A DNA stretch of 64,000 nt from an uncultured Flavobacteriaceae bacterium (GCA_963975205.1 CAXBFU010000006.1:783-64782); one strand, 5' to 3'. Counted from the first letter of the stretch, positions 1-10,622 are shown. Numbers and translations are program-made. The notes: generated by a model not told the origin, from the letters alone.

Positions 1-1353
1 TATTTTGATGAGCTCATTTTTTTTCTGAAGATTATCATATTGATCTTTCTTCAAGCTTTTATAGAAAGCATTTTTTTTACGGTTAAATGATCTCACAGAC
101 GATTTAAACTTTGCCCAAGTTTCTTCGTTTACTTTAATAGGAACTTTTCCAGCATTAAAAAACTCTTCACGAAGCGCTTCCATAGATTTTATCTTTTTTT
201 GCCATGCATTATGGTTATTGGCTTCATCTTTAGCTATGGCATTTATTTTTGAAATTATTTCGTGTTTTATTTCTAAATTTTTCTCGTAAACTTTATCCAT
301 CTCTTCAAAAAACACTTGTCGCTTTTCATGAATGGTTTTTGTGGCTGCGCTAAAGCGTTCCCAAATATCTTCCCTATAATTTTTATCTACAGGACCTAAT
401 TCTTCTTTCCAAATTTTATGAAGCACTTGTAATTCTCTAAAAGCCCTGTTGCTATCGTTATCTTGTGCTAATTCTTCTGCGCGCGCAATTAGTTTTTGTT
501 TTTGTTCAAGATTATGCTTGAAATCTAAATCTCTCAAATCGCGATTTAGATGAAGGAAATCGTAAAAAATCTCTACATGATGGTGGTAATTATTCCATAC
601 ATTATTGTATTTATCTCTTGGTATTGGACCAGCATTTCTCCAACTTTCCTGAAGTTCTTTAAAATGCTTATAGGTTGTGTTTATATTTTCTTCAACATTT
701 ATAAGTCCTTTTATTTCTTCAATAATTTCTAGGCGTTGTTCAAGATTGGCTTTTAAGTTCTTTTCTAAATTTTTATAATAGTCTTGACGTTTATCGCGAT
801 ACTCTTTAAAAACTTCATTAAAGCGTGTTTTTTCGGGGCTATTAAAATGAAAATCTATAGAGTTGCCTCCACCTGCTAAGAACTCTTCTTTTTTTTCTTC
901 TAATAATGCACTAAATTTTGCATTAAACTCATTTTTAATAGTATCAAAATGAGTTTTTATAGTTTGGATTTTTTCGTTTTTTACTAGATGCTCAAGTTCA
1001 TCGACCAATGCAGTTAATGACATGGCATGATAATCTTTTTCTTTTATATCATGACGCTTGCTATTTGATTCATCTTCGGCGTCTTCGGCGTTTGAGGCTT
1101 CAATTTCTTCTAATACGTCATTATCTTTTTTAGTTGACTCTGTATCTGCTTCTGTTTCTTGGTTAGTACTATTTTCAAGAGAAGATGCTTCAGTAGTTTT
1201 AGCATCTAAATTTACGTCTTCGGTAGCATTGCTATTGGTTGATAATTCTTCTTTAGACCCTTCTTTTGCAGTATTTACTTTAACATTATCACCTTGAGGC
1301 GTATTTTTTTCTTTTATTCCATCTGCTTCTTGCAGGTTATCTTTCTCAGACAT
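1..1353 (-). CDS. DUF349 domain-containing protein (partial; ATG at 1351-1353, 3' end runs off the left edge)
   Basis: Absent from the ORF track because no stop lies in the window. My reverse-strand translation from ATG 1353 stays open to position 1 (451 codons). It has an acidic, Ser/Thr-rich N-terminus. This is followed by repeated ~70-aa helical units (LQESWRNAGPIPRDKYNNVW, LHKIWKEELGPVDKNYREDIWERF, LREEFFNAGKVPIKVNEETWAKF) typical of DUF349. Confidence 0.7.
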   Translation of the reverse strand, partial: MSEKDNLQEADGIKEKNTPQGDNVKVNTAKEGSKEELSTNSNATEDVNLDAKTTEASSLENSTNQETEADTESTKKDNDVLEEIEASNAEDAEDESNSKRHDIKEKDYHAMSLTALVDELEHLVKNEKIQTIKTHFDTIKNEFNAKFSALLEEKKEEFLAGGGNSIDFHFNSPEKTRFNEVFKEYRDKRQDYYKNLEKNLKANLEQRLEIIEEIKGLINVEENINTTYKHFKELQESWRNAGPIPRDKYNNVWNNYHHHVEIFYDFLHLNRDLRDLDFKHNLEQKQKLIARAEELAQDNDSNRAFRELQVLHKIWKEELGPVDKNYREDIWERFSAATKTIHEKRQVFFEEMDKVYEKNLEIKHEIISKINAIAKDEANNHNAWQKKIKSMEALREEFFNAGKVPIKVNEETWAKFKSSVRSFNRKKNAFYKSLKKDQYDNLQKKNELIKI

Positions 1354-1446
1354 TTCTTTCAATGTTTAGGTTCGTCAAAATCTTAAAGTTTAAAGATACT
1401 ATTAACACAGGTAATTACAAAGTTTTCAAGTCTATTTAGACTGGTT

Positions 1447-2184
1447 TTAGCATTTTTGCCAAACCTTCCAAGCCTTTTCTGCTTGAAGCTCTAACATTTT
1501 TGAGCCATTGCAAGTGGTTGCTCCTTTAATTTTTGCAATGGTTAAAAATTTAGTTTCTTCTGGGTTGTAGATAAGATCAAAAACCAAATGTGTTCCATTA
1601 ATGCCATCGTAAGGAATATTTGGGCATTCGTTGGTTTTTGGATACGTTCCAAGAGGTGTGCAATTAATAATTATTTGATGCGATTTTATGTCGTTTTCAG
1701 TAAGTGAATCATATGTAAAAGCATTATTTCCAGTAGGTTTTCTTGACACATATTTGTATTTAATACCTAGCTTTTTTAAAGCATAAGCAATTGCTTTTGA
1801 AGCGCCTCCAGTTCCTAAAATTAACGCCTTTTTATGTTGTGGTTTTAAATGCGGTTCTATTGATTTTTTAAAACCAAAATAGTCGGTATTATAACCTATT
1901 AATTTTCCTTTTTTGGTAATTTTAATCGTGTTTACAGCATTAATTTTTTTTGCTGTTTTATGCAGTTTATCAAGATATGGAATAATGGCTTCTTTATAAG
2001 GAATAGTAACGTTTAAGCCTCTAAGTTTTTTTGTGGAATTTATAATTTCAAGGAACTTATCAATAGTGTCAATGTCATAATTTTTATAGGTGTGTTTAAG
2101 GTCTTCGTTTTTAAATTTTTTATTAAAATAAGATTTTGAAAACGAGTATTCAATATTTTTTCCTATAAGACCAAATTCAGCCAT
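1447..2184 (-). CDS. aroE: shikimate dehydrogenase (NADP+)
   Basis: 245 aa. Has the SKSYFN substrate-site start, the YNTDYFGF (NTD) motif and the LILGTGGASKAIAYAL dinucleotide-binding loop. Confidence 0.85.
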   Translation of the reverse strand: MAEFGLIGKNIEYSFSKSYFNKKFKNEDLKHTYKNYDIDTIDKFLEIINSTKKLRGLNVTIPYKEAIIPYLDKLHKTAKKINAVNTIKITKKGKLIGYNTDYFGFKKSIEPHLKPQHKKALILGTGGASKAIAYALKKLGIKYKYVSRKPTGNNAFTYDSLTENDIKSHQIIINCTPLGTYPKTNECPNIPYDGINGTHLVFDLIYNPEETKFLTIAKIKGATTCNGSKMLELQAEKAWKVWQKC

Positions 2185-3196
2185 TTATTTTCCTTGTTTT
2201 TTTTCCATACCATTCCAAAGCTAAAACTAATAATATACCCAATAATATATATACTATTGCAATATAAGTTTCACTTTGCATTTTTGGAATGAAGCGAGTA
2301 TAGTTTTCAATGATTTTTTCACCTCTGGAATCTAGAATTAACAATCCGTTCTCGGAGGTTTTGTATATGGTTTCTTTCCAAGGCCACACAACGCCAAGAG
2401 AACCAATAATAAATCCCATTAACAAAGAAAGGGTAATATTTCTAAAGTGTTTAAGTACATAATTAAGAATATGCGAAAAAGTGACCAATCCAGCGACAGA
2501 TCCTAAGGTAAAAACTCCTAATACTTTTAGCATTCTAATTCGTTCGAGATTGTTTGTAAACGAAAAATCGCCAGTAAAAATGTCAAAAATTGTGTCGTAA
2601 AGTGCATTTACAGAGTCCACTAATAATAACACATAATTTCCAAGAAGTATTAAAATAAAAGAGCCAGAAAACCCAGGAAGTGTCATTCCAGTTACACTAA
2701 TCATTCCACATAAAAACACAAACCAAAGGTTGTCGTTTTGCGTAGCTGGATCTAAAAAACTGATGCTTACACCAATAATAATACCAATACAAACCGATAG
2801 AATTGTTTTATTGCACCAGCCATCAAAATCTTTGCCTATATAGTAAATCGAGCCAATAATCATTCCAAAAAAGACACTCCAAACATACAGTTCGTAATTA
2901 ACAATTAAATAGTCCAATATTTTTGAAACACTAAAATAGCTCACAATCATACCTAAAAACAGTAAGCTTAAAAAGCGTCCATTTATATAACGAAAAAAGC
3001 TTTTAAACCTACCATTAATAAGTAGCTTAAAGGCTTTGCCATTTACCTTTTGCAAAGAATATATAAACTCTTCATAGAAACCAGCCACAAAAGCTACCAC
3101 ACCACCAGAAACACCAGGAACTTTATTTGCGGCTCCCATGCCTAGTCCTTTAATGACTAAAAACAACTTGTCTGTAAGTGTTCTTGTACTTTGCAT
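2177..3196 (-). CDS. DUF368 family polytopic membrane protein (PopT-type polyprenyl-phosphate transporter family)
   Basis: 339 aa and very hydrophobic. Has the N-terminal GAANKVPGVSGGVVAF motif and an internal LPGFSGSFILILLG repeat, both characteristic of DUF368. Confidence 0.8.
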   Translation of the reverse strand: MQSTRTLTDKLFLVIKGLGMGAANKVPGVSGGVVAFVAGFYEEFIYSLQKVNGKAFKLLINGRFKSFFRYINGRFLSLLFLGMIVSYFSVSKILDYLIVNYELYVWSVFFGMIIGSIYYIGKDFDGWCNKTILSVCIGIIIGVSISFLDPATQNDNLWFVFLCGMISVTGMTLPGFSGSFILILLGNYVLLLVDSVNALYDTIFDIFTGDFSFTNNLERIRMLKVLGVFTLGSVAGLVTFSHILNYVLKHFRNITLSLLMGFIIGSLGVVWPWKETIYKTSENGLLILDSRGEKIIENYTRFIPKMQSETYIAIVYILLGILLVLALEWYGKKTRKING

Positions 3197-4164
3197 TATG
3201 CTTTAGATTTTTTACTTCCTAAATTTTCAAGAATTAGTATGGTAGCAAAACCAATAATTACAAATAATATAGCATACATAATTTGGTTATCACCACTATA
3301 AGAGTTTGGCAAAACGCTTTCGTCTAAAAGGGTTACTTCAATACCTTCAGAATTAATACGAGTTTTCAAAACTCTTTTCCAAGGCCATATTTTATTTAAT
3401 GATCCAATCATAAAGCCAGTGAGAACAGCTAAGGTTATATTTTTTTTGTGTTTAAACATCCAATTTAGCAGTTTAGAAAATACCTTTAGACCAATTATAG
3501 CTCCAATTGCAAGTAGAACGAATTTTAACAATGCACCTTTTAACATTTCGAAGTTGCCTGTTGATATACCCTCAATAAGATTGTTTACGGTATTAATTAC
3601 CGTTTCATAAGCACCTAGTATTAATAAAATAAAAGCGCCTGAAATTCCAGGTAAAATCATAGCTATTATTGCTATGAAACCACAAAATAACAAGTAAATG
3701 GAACTGTCGGGAGTTGCAAAAGGTTCGGCAAGCGTAATAAAATATGATAAAATTGTGGTGATTATAATGGCAACGATAACTTTTGGTGACCATGTTTTAA
3801 TTTGCTTTCCAATGTATAGAATGCTTGCCAAAACAAGACCAAAAAAGAAGGACCAAAGTAAAATGGGTTCGTTGTGCAGTAACCATTTGATTAATTTAGC
3901 TAAAGACAAAATACTTATAGCAATTCCAGAGAATAGGGCTAATAGAAAAGTACCGTTTATAGAATTCCAAGCAGATTTAAAACCGTTTTTTTTCCATACT
4001 TTAAAAACATTTAGATTTACATTGTCGATACTTTCAATAAGTTCTTCGTAAATCCCTGAAATAAAAGCTATTGTACCTCCTGAAACTCCAGGGACTACAT
4101 CGGCTGCACCCATTGCTATTCCTTTTAAAGAAATAATGAGATAGTCTAATAAACGTCGTTGCAT
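3196..4164 (-). CDS. DUF368 family polytopic membrane protein (second tandem paralog)
   Basis: 322 aa. Has GAADVVPGVSGGTIAF and LPGISGAFILLILG motifs. Its stop overlaps the start of the downstream paralog by 1 nt. Confidence 0.8.
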   Translation of the reverse strand: MQRRLLDYLIISLKGIAMGAADVVPGVSGGTIAFISGIYEELIESIDNVNLNVFKVWKKNGFKSAWNSINGTFLLALFSGIAISILSLAKLIKWLLHNEPILLWSFFFGLVLASILYIGKQIKTWSPKVIVAIIITTILSYFITLAEPFATPDSSIYLLFCGFIAIIAMILPGISGAFILLILGAYETVINTVNNLIEGISTGNFEMLKGALLKFVLLAIGAIIGLKVFSKLLNWMFKHKKNITLAVLTGFMIGSLNKIWPWKRVLKTRINSEGIEVTLLDESVLPNSYSGDNQIMYAILFVIIGFATILILENLGSKKSKA

Positions 4165-4200
4165 TAATTTTAATTTAAGAAACGTAAAGTTAGGTAATTT

Positions 4201-5640
4201 TTAGTTTGAAGGGTTTCTATATGTTTCTATAATTTCCCTTACTGTTTTTAAAGAATAAATGGCAGGAAAGAGTTCTTGGATAATAAAATAGAACTCCACA
4301 TTTATGCGTAAGGCATTGTTTAAAAAAACAAGCGCATCATTTTCTTTTCCTAGGATAAAATGTATGCCAGCCAAACGGTACTGCACTTCTTCATTCTCAG
4401 GGTAAAATTCTAAAGTTTGATCTAGATTGAAGATTGCTGCTTCATATTCACCTAGTTGTATTAAAATATCGGCTCTTGATAACCATGTTTTTAATTCATA
4501 GTTTCCCAGTTCAAGTGTTTTTTTATAACCACGTTCGGCTTCTTCCAAAAAGTTTAAGCGTTGGTTTATTTGAGCGTAAAGCTTCCAATAGATAACATTT
4601 TCGGTGTCAATATTAATTGCCTTGTTTATGTAATAAAGGGCTTTTTGGTAGTTTTGTGCTTTGTTGTAAAAATTGGTTATAGCAATCCAACCTTTATCTA
4701 ATAGTGGATCTTCTTCAACTGTTTTGTAGTAGTGCTGTACTGCTAGTTCTTTTTGGTCCAGTTTTTCATAACATTTACCAATTCTAAGTAAAGCAAACGA
4801 CGTTGGGTCGTCTATTGCTAGTGTGATTTTGTAATTTTCAATGGCTTCTTGGTAATGGGTTAATTTTTCCAAGACCTTTCCTTTTTCTAGATAAGCTCCA
4901 ACAAACATATCGTCTGAAATAATAGCAAAATCAAATGATGCTAATGCTTTTTCATAGTCTTTAATCGAAAAGTATTGTTTGCCTAATTGATGCCATGCAA
5001 CTTGACAATATGGATTGGTATCAAGGTATAGGTTTAAATAATCTATGGCTTCATGGTTTTGCTCTAAAAAGTCGAAACAGTAAATAATATTGTAAAGTGC
5101 TGAGTAGTCTTCAGTGTCTGTTTCCAAGCATTTCATAAAATAGAATTTGGCATCTTCAAACTTATCCAAGAAGAGATATTCCATTCCTAAAAGTGAGTAA
5201 ATATCTGCCGATTCTTCAGTAAATTCGAGTGCTTTTTTTAGAGTTTGAATCGCTTTTTGATGCTTGTCTTTTTTTGAGAAAATATTAGCTTTCTGAATGT
5301 AGATTTCTTCGTTGTTTGGTGCTATCTCGTATAAATCGTTTAAAAGCTCATCAGCTTTTTCAAACTTATTTTCAAATACATGCACTTCAACTTGAAATAA
5401 TTTTAAACTTAATGACGCTGGATGTTGTTGCAACCCAAGGTTTATAGCCTTTTTAGCTAAAGCTATTTTCCCATTGTCTAAATAGTGATGAATAATATTC
5501 TCGAATTCATTTGAGTCAAAAAACAATACGTTATTGGTTTTTAACATGGACTCAAATTTTGTGAGTGATAGATTATTGTTGTCGTCGTATTGACTAAACT
5601 CCATAGGTGGCATTAAAAATTCACAAAATAAAATTAACAT
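4201..5640 (-). CDS. tetratricopeptide repeat protein
   Basis: 479-aa ORF with many 34-aa TPR-like units (A/Y/L spacing, e.g. AIENYKITLAIDD, AVQHYYKTVEEDP). The true start may be an internal Met (MEFSQYDD, about position 5604). Confidence 0.75.
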   Translation of the reverse strand: MLILFCEFLMPPMEFSQYDDNNNLSLTKFESMLKTNNVLFFDSNEFENIIHHYLDNGKIALAKKAINLGLQQHPASLSLKLFQVEVHVFENKFEKADELLNDLYEIAPNNEEIYIQKANIFSKKDKHQKAIQTLKKALEFTEESADIYSLLGMEYLFLDKFEDAKFYFMKCLETDTEDYSALYNIIYCFDFLEQNHEAIDYLNLYLDTNPYCQVAWHQLGKQYFSIKDYEKALASFDFAIISDDMFVGAYLEKGKVLEKLTHYQEAIENYKITLAIDDPTSFALLRIGKCYEKLDQKELAVQHYYKTVEEDPLLDKGWIAITNFYNKAQNYQKALYYINKAINIDTENVIYWKLYAQINQRLNFLEEAERGYKKTLELGNYELKTWLSRADILIQLGEYEAAIFNLDQTLEFYPENEEVQYRLAGIHFILGKENDALVFLNNALRINVEFYFIIQELFPAIYSLKTVREIIETYRNPSN

Positions 5641-5721
5641 TCTATTGTTTAGATATTTGAGTAATCCTTCAATGTTTTCAACAAAGTAATTAACAGCAAT
5701 TTCCCTGACCTAATCTAGGGT

Positions 5722-6942
5722 TTAAACTATTTTGTCAAGTATATTTTTAATGATGTTACAGCCTGTAATTAATTCATTATCAGATATTGTAAGAGGAGGC
5801 GTGATACGAATGGCAGAGGGTTCAAACAATAACCAAAAAAGGATCAAGCCTTCTTGTTGGCATTGCAAAATGACACGATTTGCTATCTCGGAAGATGGTA
5901 AAATGGCAGCTAACATTAACCCTTTGCCTCTAATTTCTTTAATAAGTGGATGTTTTAAATGCGCTTTTATAAGCGTTTCTTTTCTTAAAGTATCAGGTAA
6001 TAAATTTGTGTGTGTTATTTCAGTAAGTGTTGCTAATGCTGCGGAAGCGATTACAGGATGTCCACCAAAAGTTGTAATGTGACCAAGTTTGGGCTTGTCT
6101 TTAAGGCAGTCCATCATGGTTTTGGAAGCAGTAAAAGCACCAATTGGCATCCCTCCTGCAAGACCTTTTCCTATGACTACAATATCTGGAATGCAATTGT
6201 AATTTTCAAATCCAAAAAGGCTTCCTGTTCGACCAATCCCTGTTTGAATCTCGTCTAGAATTAAAAGAGCACCAACCTCTTGACATCGCTTTTGTACTTT
6301 TTGCAAGTAATTATTTGAAGGCACGATAAACCCAGCACCACCTTGAATGGTCTCTAATATTACTGCAGCTGTTTTTGTGGTTATTTTTATTAGATCTTTT
6401 GGGTTATTAAAGGTAATAAACCGTACATCAGGAATTAAAGGCCTAAAAGGTTGTTTGCGTTCTTCAAACCCCATAATACTCAAGGCTCCCATGGTATTGC
6501 CATGGTAGGCTTTTTTTGCTGCAATAATTTCTGAGCGTCCTGTATAACGACGTGCTAGTTTAAGTGCGCCTTCAATGGCTTCGGTGCCAGAATTGGTTAA
6601 ATAGGTGCTTTCTAAAGGTTTTGGTAAGTGTTTTGCCAACAGTTTTGTTAAGTTTACAGCTGGTTTTTGAATATATTCACCATATACCATGACATGCAAA
6701 TATTTGTCCAATTGTTCTTTTATGGCTGAAATAACTTTAGGATGTCTATGGCCTAAAGGACATGCTGAAACTCCAGCAACAAAATCTAGGTACGCTTTAT
6801 TATTGGAATCGAAAATATAACTTCCCTCAGCATGGGAAATTTCCATGGCTAATGGATGTGGAGTCGTTTGTGCTTGATATTTAAAAAAATCGTCTTTGAT
6901 TTTATTGTTTTTTTGTAATTTTTTTTGATGCTTTACCACCAA
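5722..6942 (-). CDS. class III PLP-dependent aminotransferase (acetylornithine/ornithine aminotransferase-like)
   Basis: 406 aa. Has NSGTEAIEGALKLAR, LDEIQTGIGRTG and the IGKGLAGGMPIGA Lys region. TTG start overlaps the upstream gene end by 41 nt, so the start is uncertain. Confidence 0.85.
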   Translation of the reverse strand: MVVKHQKKLQKNNKIKDDFFKYQAQTTPHPLAMEISHAEGSYIFDSNNKAYLDFVAGVSACPLGHRHPKVISAIKEQLDKYLHVMVYGEYIQKPAVNLTKLLAKHLPKPLESTYLTNSGTEAIEGALKLARRYTGRSEIIAAKKAYHGNTMGALSIMGFEERKQPFRPLIPDVRFITFNNPKDLIKITTKTAAVILETIQGGAGFIVPSNNYLQKVQKRCQEVGALLILDEIQTGIGRTGSLFGFENYNCIPDIVVIGKGLAGGMPIGAFTASKTMMDCLKDKPKLGHITTFGGHPVIASAALATLTEITHTNLLPDTLRKETLIKAHLKHPLIKEIRGKGLMLAAILPSSEIANRVILQCQQEGLILFWLLFEPSAIRITPPLTISDNELITGCNIIKNILDKIV

Positions 6943-8677
6943 TTTTTGGCTTTTTAGGAATATTTCTAGATGCTTTACTTTCTTTTTGTTTGCTTTTGCT
7001 TCTTGTATCAGATTCTTTTACTCGCTTCATAAGTGCTTCGTCAAAAAAATTGTCTTGAGGTACGTAGTCTTCTAATCCTTTAATAATAGGTAGTTCTATA
7101 GGAGGGTCGTCTTTAAAAAGGTCGTCAACACTTTTTGGACGTTCATCATCACGCCATACAAAGCCTTTTAATAAACTTTCCTTTTCTGGGAAATCACCTT
7201 CTGGGAATACATTGCCATCTACTTCTTTAATTTTTCGTACTTCATCTATGGTATTATCTGTAATCCAGATTTTTATGATTCCAGACTTCGATTTATCGGT
7301 TCCTACAAGTTCATTTTTATCATTTCTCATGTAATAAATTGACTCAGCATTTTTAATAATATCTATTGTACTAAGTTTATTATCTTCAAAAAAACCAAAG
7401 AGTTGTTTTCCAGACATTTGATGGTAGCCATCGCCAAGTGAATCATTACTTATAATAAAGGCATTATCAAATACTTTTAATGAATCTAGCTTTTTGGTTT
7501 CTGGATTTGATATTAAATGAATGGTATCTCCTGTCATTTGGTTGCCAATGTTCCATAAAACTGGTGTGCGTTTTTTAGCAAAATTATCATTTGAAGAAAA
7601 CCGACCCAAATTAATAAGTTTTGTTAATCCAGTTTTATGGTTTACATGAATAGAGTCGGCTTTTCCGCTAATATCCGATTTGTATATTTTAGCATTGTAA
7701 TAGGCTCTTGTAATCCTGTTTTCAGGTGTTCCTGTTACCATTAAGGTGTCACTATGTATATAAATAGAATCATTTTCTTGAACCGAAATAGCTAAAGCAC
7801 GTTTGGTAATAAATACTGAATCTCTGTCTCTAAAAACTTCGGCATAATGCCCTTTAATAATGGCTTTGTTTATGGTATCGGTAATTTTTATGTTGTTGGT
7901 TGCCGATGCATAACTTCTATTTCTATCAAAGTATAAACTATCACCTTCTATGATGCGATCGTCATAGTCTATACGTGATTTTTTAAGGAAATAACCTGTG
8001 TCGTTTTTAGTATCGTAAAATCCGCGTTCACAGTATATTTTACTAGTTTCGCCAGTAATGGTAGTTGGCCCAAAAAGATAGGCTTTTCCAGTTTCGGAAT
8101 AATAATCCAATTGTTCAGAATCAATAACATATTCAGGATTTACCAATTTTACATTTTGTACAAATTGATATTTTTTATTAGTCATATAATAACGTCCTAT
8201 TTGGCTAGTAATAGTTCCAGATGAATCCTTAACAACTGTTCCGCCACTTTTATAATAAGCTTGTTGTTTTACACGATCCATATATAATGTATCCGACTTG
8301 ATTATAGATGTTGGGTCGGTCAATACTACATCGCCACTAGCAAAAGCGAGTTTCGTGATGCCGCTGTACTCAACATATTTCGAATTCATGTTAATGGAAT
8401 CCCCTTGCTTTATATTAACGTTGCCATAGGCTTCTACAAAATTCTCTTGTGCGTAATGTATGGCTCTATCGCACCACAAATCAATACCATCATGAATAAT
8501 GTGCACTTGTTGCGAATCGTCTCTGGTTAAAATTTTTGCTCCAGGGTATTTTTCTTCATTGATTTCGAAATCTCCAGCGTACATAACACGTATTTCCCGC
8601 TTTTGTTGAGCAAAAATGCAAGTGGATATAAAAAAAGCAGTGATTGCAAGTAGATATGTGAATTTATAAAACTTCAA
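6902..8677 (-). CDS. OstA/LptA-like domain periplasmic protein
   Basis: 591 aa. Has a signal peptide (LLAITAFFISTCIFAQQ), long repetitive beta-strand-rich sequence resembling OstA_N/LptA-fold repeats, and a Lys-rich C-terminal tail. The family call is by resemblance only. Confidence 0.55.
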   Translation of the reverse strand: MKFYKFTYLLAITAFFISTCIFAQQKREIRVMYAGDFEINEEKYPGAKILTRDDSQQVHIIHDGIDLWCDRAIHYAQENFVEAYGNVNIKQGDSINMNSKYVEYSGITKLAFASGDVVLTDPTSIIKSDTLYMDRVKQQAYYKSGGTVVKDSSGTITSQIGRYYMTNKKYQFVQNVKLVNPEYVIDSEQLDYYSETGKAYLFGPTTITGETSKIYCERGFYDTKNDTGYFLKKSRIDYDDRIIEGDSLYFDRNRSYASATNNIKITDTINKAIIKGHYAEVFRDRDSVFITKRALAISVQENDSIYIHSDTLMVTGTPENRITRAYYNAKIYKSDISGKADSIHVNHKTGLTKLINLGRFSSNDNFAKKRTPVLWNIGNQMTGDTIHLISNPETKKLDSLKVFDNAFIISNDSLGDGYHQMSGKQLFGFFEDNKLSTIDIIKNAESIYYMRNDKNELVGTDKSKSGIIKIWITDNTIDEVRKIKEVDGNVFPEGDFPEKESLLKGFVWRDDERPKSVDDLFKDDPPIELPIIKGLEDYVPQDNFFDEALMKRVKESDTRSKSKQKESKASRNIPKKPKIGGKASKKITKKQ

Positions 8678-8800
8678 GGCACATTATTTATTGGTAAAAA
8701 TAACTATATATATTAGTTCTTTATTGCTAGTTAATAAATATTTAGCATTGCATATATTTAAATTGTTTTAATTTATTTAGCCAAAAAGTATAAATATCTT

Positions 8801-8840
8801 TATAAAAAACCTGTAAACAACAATGCTGAATACAGGTTTC
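8801..8840 (-). terminator. rho-independent terminator downstream of purA
   Basis: Arms aaacctgta (8807-8815) and tacaggttt (8831-8839) with a 15-nt loop. On the minus strand the stem is followed by a T-run. Confidence 0.5.
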
Positions 8841-8860
8841 ATTTATTAAATTAGCCTTGT

Positions 8861-10132
8861 TTACCTAAAAATTGTTTGCTTTCGGTCTGGGCCAACAGAT
8901 ACTATTTTAATAGGTGTTTCCAGTTCTTTTTCTAAAAAATGGATGTAGTCGTTTAGTTCTTTTGGTAATTGGGAAGTGTCTTCCATAGCTGTAAGATCTT
9001 CTTTCCAACCTTTAAACTCTTTATAAATTGGTGTGACATTTTCGGGTTCTATATTATAAGGTAAATGTGTAATTTCTTTGCCTTTATATTTGTATGAAGT
9101 ACATACTTTTAAGGTTTTAAAACCTGAGAGTACGTCGCCTTTCATCATCATTAATTGTGTAACACCATTTACTTGGCATGCATACTTTAAAGCTACTAAA
9201 TCCAGCCATCCGCAACGACGACTACGTCCTGTTGTGGCTCCAAATTCATGACCAACACGTCCCATTGTTTCTCCAACCTCGTCGAATAATTCGGTTGGGA
9301 AAGGTCCTGAGCCAACACGAGTGGTATAGGCTTTAAAAATACCAAAAACATCTCCTATTTTATTTGGAGCAATTCCTAATCCTGTACAAGCACCTGCTGC
9401 TGTTGTATTTGAAGATGTTACAAAAGGATAGGTTCCAAAATCTATATCTAAAAGCGATCCTTGTGCACCTTCGGCTAAAATAGATTTCCCATTTTTTTGA
9501 GCTTGGAAAATATACTCTTCAGAATCTATAAAAGTTAAAGATTTTAAGACATCAATGGCTTCAAAAAATTCTACTTCTAGCTCATCTAAATCATATTGAA
9601 TATTTACATCGTAAAAATCAATCATAGCTTCATGCTTATTGGCTAATGCACGATATTTATCTTTCCAGCCTTCTAATTCAATATCACCAACGCGAATACC
9701 ATTACGACCAGTTTTGTCCATATATGTTGGACCAATACCCTTTAAAGTTGAACCAATTTTTGCTTTTCCTTTGGCAGTTTCACTAGCAGCATCCAATAAA
9801 CGGTGTGTTGGTAGAATTAAATGTGCTTTTCTTGAAATTAACAATGACTTTCTATAATCTACATTTTGCTCAGCGAGTTTATCCAGTTCTTTTTTAAAAA
9901 TGACAGGGTCAATCACCACGCCATTTCCAACAAGGTTGACAGCCTCTTCATGAAATATTCCTGATGGGATTGTATGTAAAACATGCTTCATGCCATTAAA
10001 TACAAGTGTGTGTCCTGCATTTGGACCTCCTTGAAAACGAGCAATAATATTGTAGTTAGAGGTGAGTACGTCAACAATTTTTCCTTTGCCTTCATCTCCC
10101 CATTGTAAACCTAGTAGTAAATCTACTGCCAT
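8861..10132 (-). CDS. purA: adenylosuccinate synthase
   Basis: 423 aa. Has GLQWGDEGKGKIVD P-loop, GGPNAGHT and GTTGRGIGP-like TLKGIGPTY motifs. Confidence 0.95.
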   Translation of the reverse strand: MAVDLLLGLQWGDEGKGKIVDVLTSNYNIIARFQGGPNAGHTLVFNGMKHVLHTIPSGIFHEEAVNLVGNGVVIDPVIFKKELDKLAEQNVDYRKSLLISRKAHLILPTHRLLDAASETAKGKAKIGSTLKGIGPTYMDKTGRNGIRVGDIELEGWKDKYRALANKHEAMIDFYDVNIQYDLDELEVEFFEAIDVLKSLTFIDSEEYIFQAQKNGKSILAEGAQGSLLDIDFGTYPFVTSSNTTAAGACTGLGIAPNKIGDVFGIFKAYTTRVGSGPFPTELFDEVGETMGRVGHEFGATTGRSRRCGWLDLVALKYACQVNGVTQLMMMKGDVLSGFKTLKVCTSYKYKGKEITHLPYNIEPENVTPIYKEFKGWKEDLTAMEDTSQLPKELNDYIHFLEKELETPIKIVSVGPDRKQTIFR

Positions 10133-10139
10133 TATGTAA

Positions 10140-10595
10140 TTAGTTTGTTGGTTGTTTTTTTGTTCCGTAAAAGTAGAGTGAATGGTTATGAATATCTATG
10201 TCAAAAACTTCTTCGATTGTTTTTTTAATCGACTGAATTCTAGGGTCGCAAAACTCGATAACTTCGCCACTGTCGGTTAAAATAACATGGTCATGTTGTT
10301 TATCGAAATACGATTTTTCGTAATGTGCCTGATTTTGCCCAAATTGGTGTTTTCTAACTAAGGTACAATCCAATAAAAGCTCAATAGTGTTGTAAAGTGT
10401 AGCTCGAGACACACGATAGTTTTTGTTCTTCATTTTGATATATAAAGATTCAATATCAAAATGATCGTTACTATCATAAATTTCTTGAAGTATGGCATAA
10501 CGCTCAGGCGTTTTTCTATGGCCATTTTCTTCTAAAAATTTTGTGAACACATTTTTTACAATGTCCTGATTTTTATTTTCGGTTTTTGCACTCAT
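10140..10595 (-). CDS. Fur family transcriptional regulator
   Basis: 151 aa. Has a winged-helix region ([13 protein letters not shown] ... [14 protein letters not shown]) and a His-rich C-terminal half ([15 protein letters not shown]). It has only two Cys and no CxxC pairs. Confidence 0.8.
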   Translation of the reverse strand: MSAKTENKNQDIVKNVFTKFLEENGHRKTPERYAILQEIYDSNDHFDIESLYIKMKNKNYRVSRATLYNTIELLLDCTLVRKHQFGQNQAHYEKSYFDKQHDHVILTDSGEVIEFCDPRIQSIKKTIEEVFDIDIHNHSLYFYGTKKQPTN

Positions 10596-10622
10596 AAATC
10601 CGTTGCAAATTTAAACTATTTT

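Noticed and set aside
1058-1297. 79-aa Ser-rich plus-strand ORF, and 550..732 +
   Set aside because: Both are antisense to the continuous DUF349 reading frame that I translated by hand. The Ser-rich composition is the complement of the Glu/Asp/Thr-rich N-terminus of that protein.
3419-4051. Several 60-117-aa ORFs on both strands inside the DUF368 gene
   Set aside because: They are nested in or antisense to a strongly supported membrane-protein gene, and have no motifs and no independent start context.
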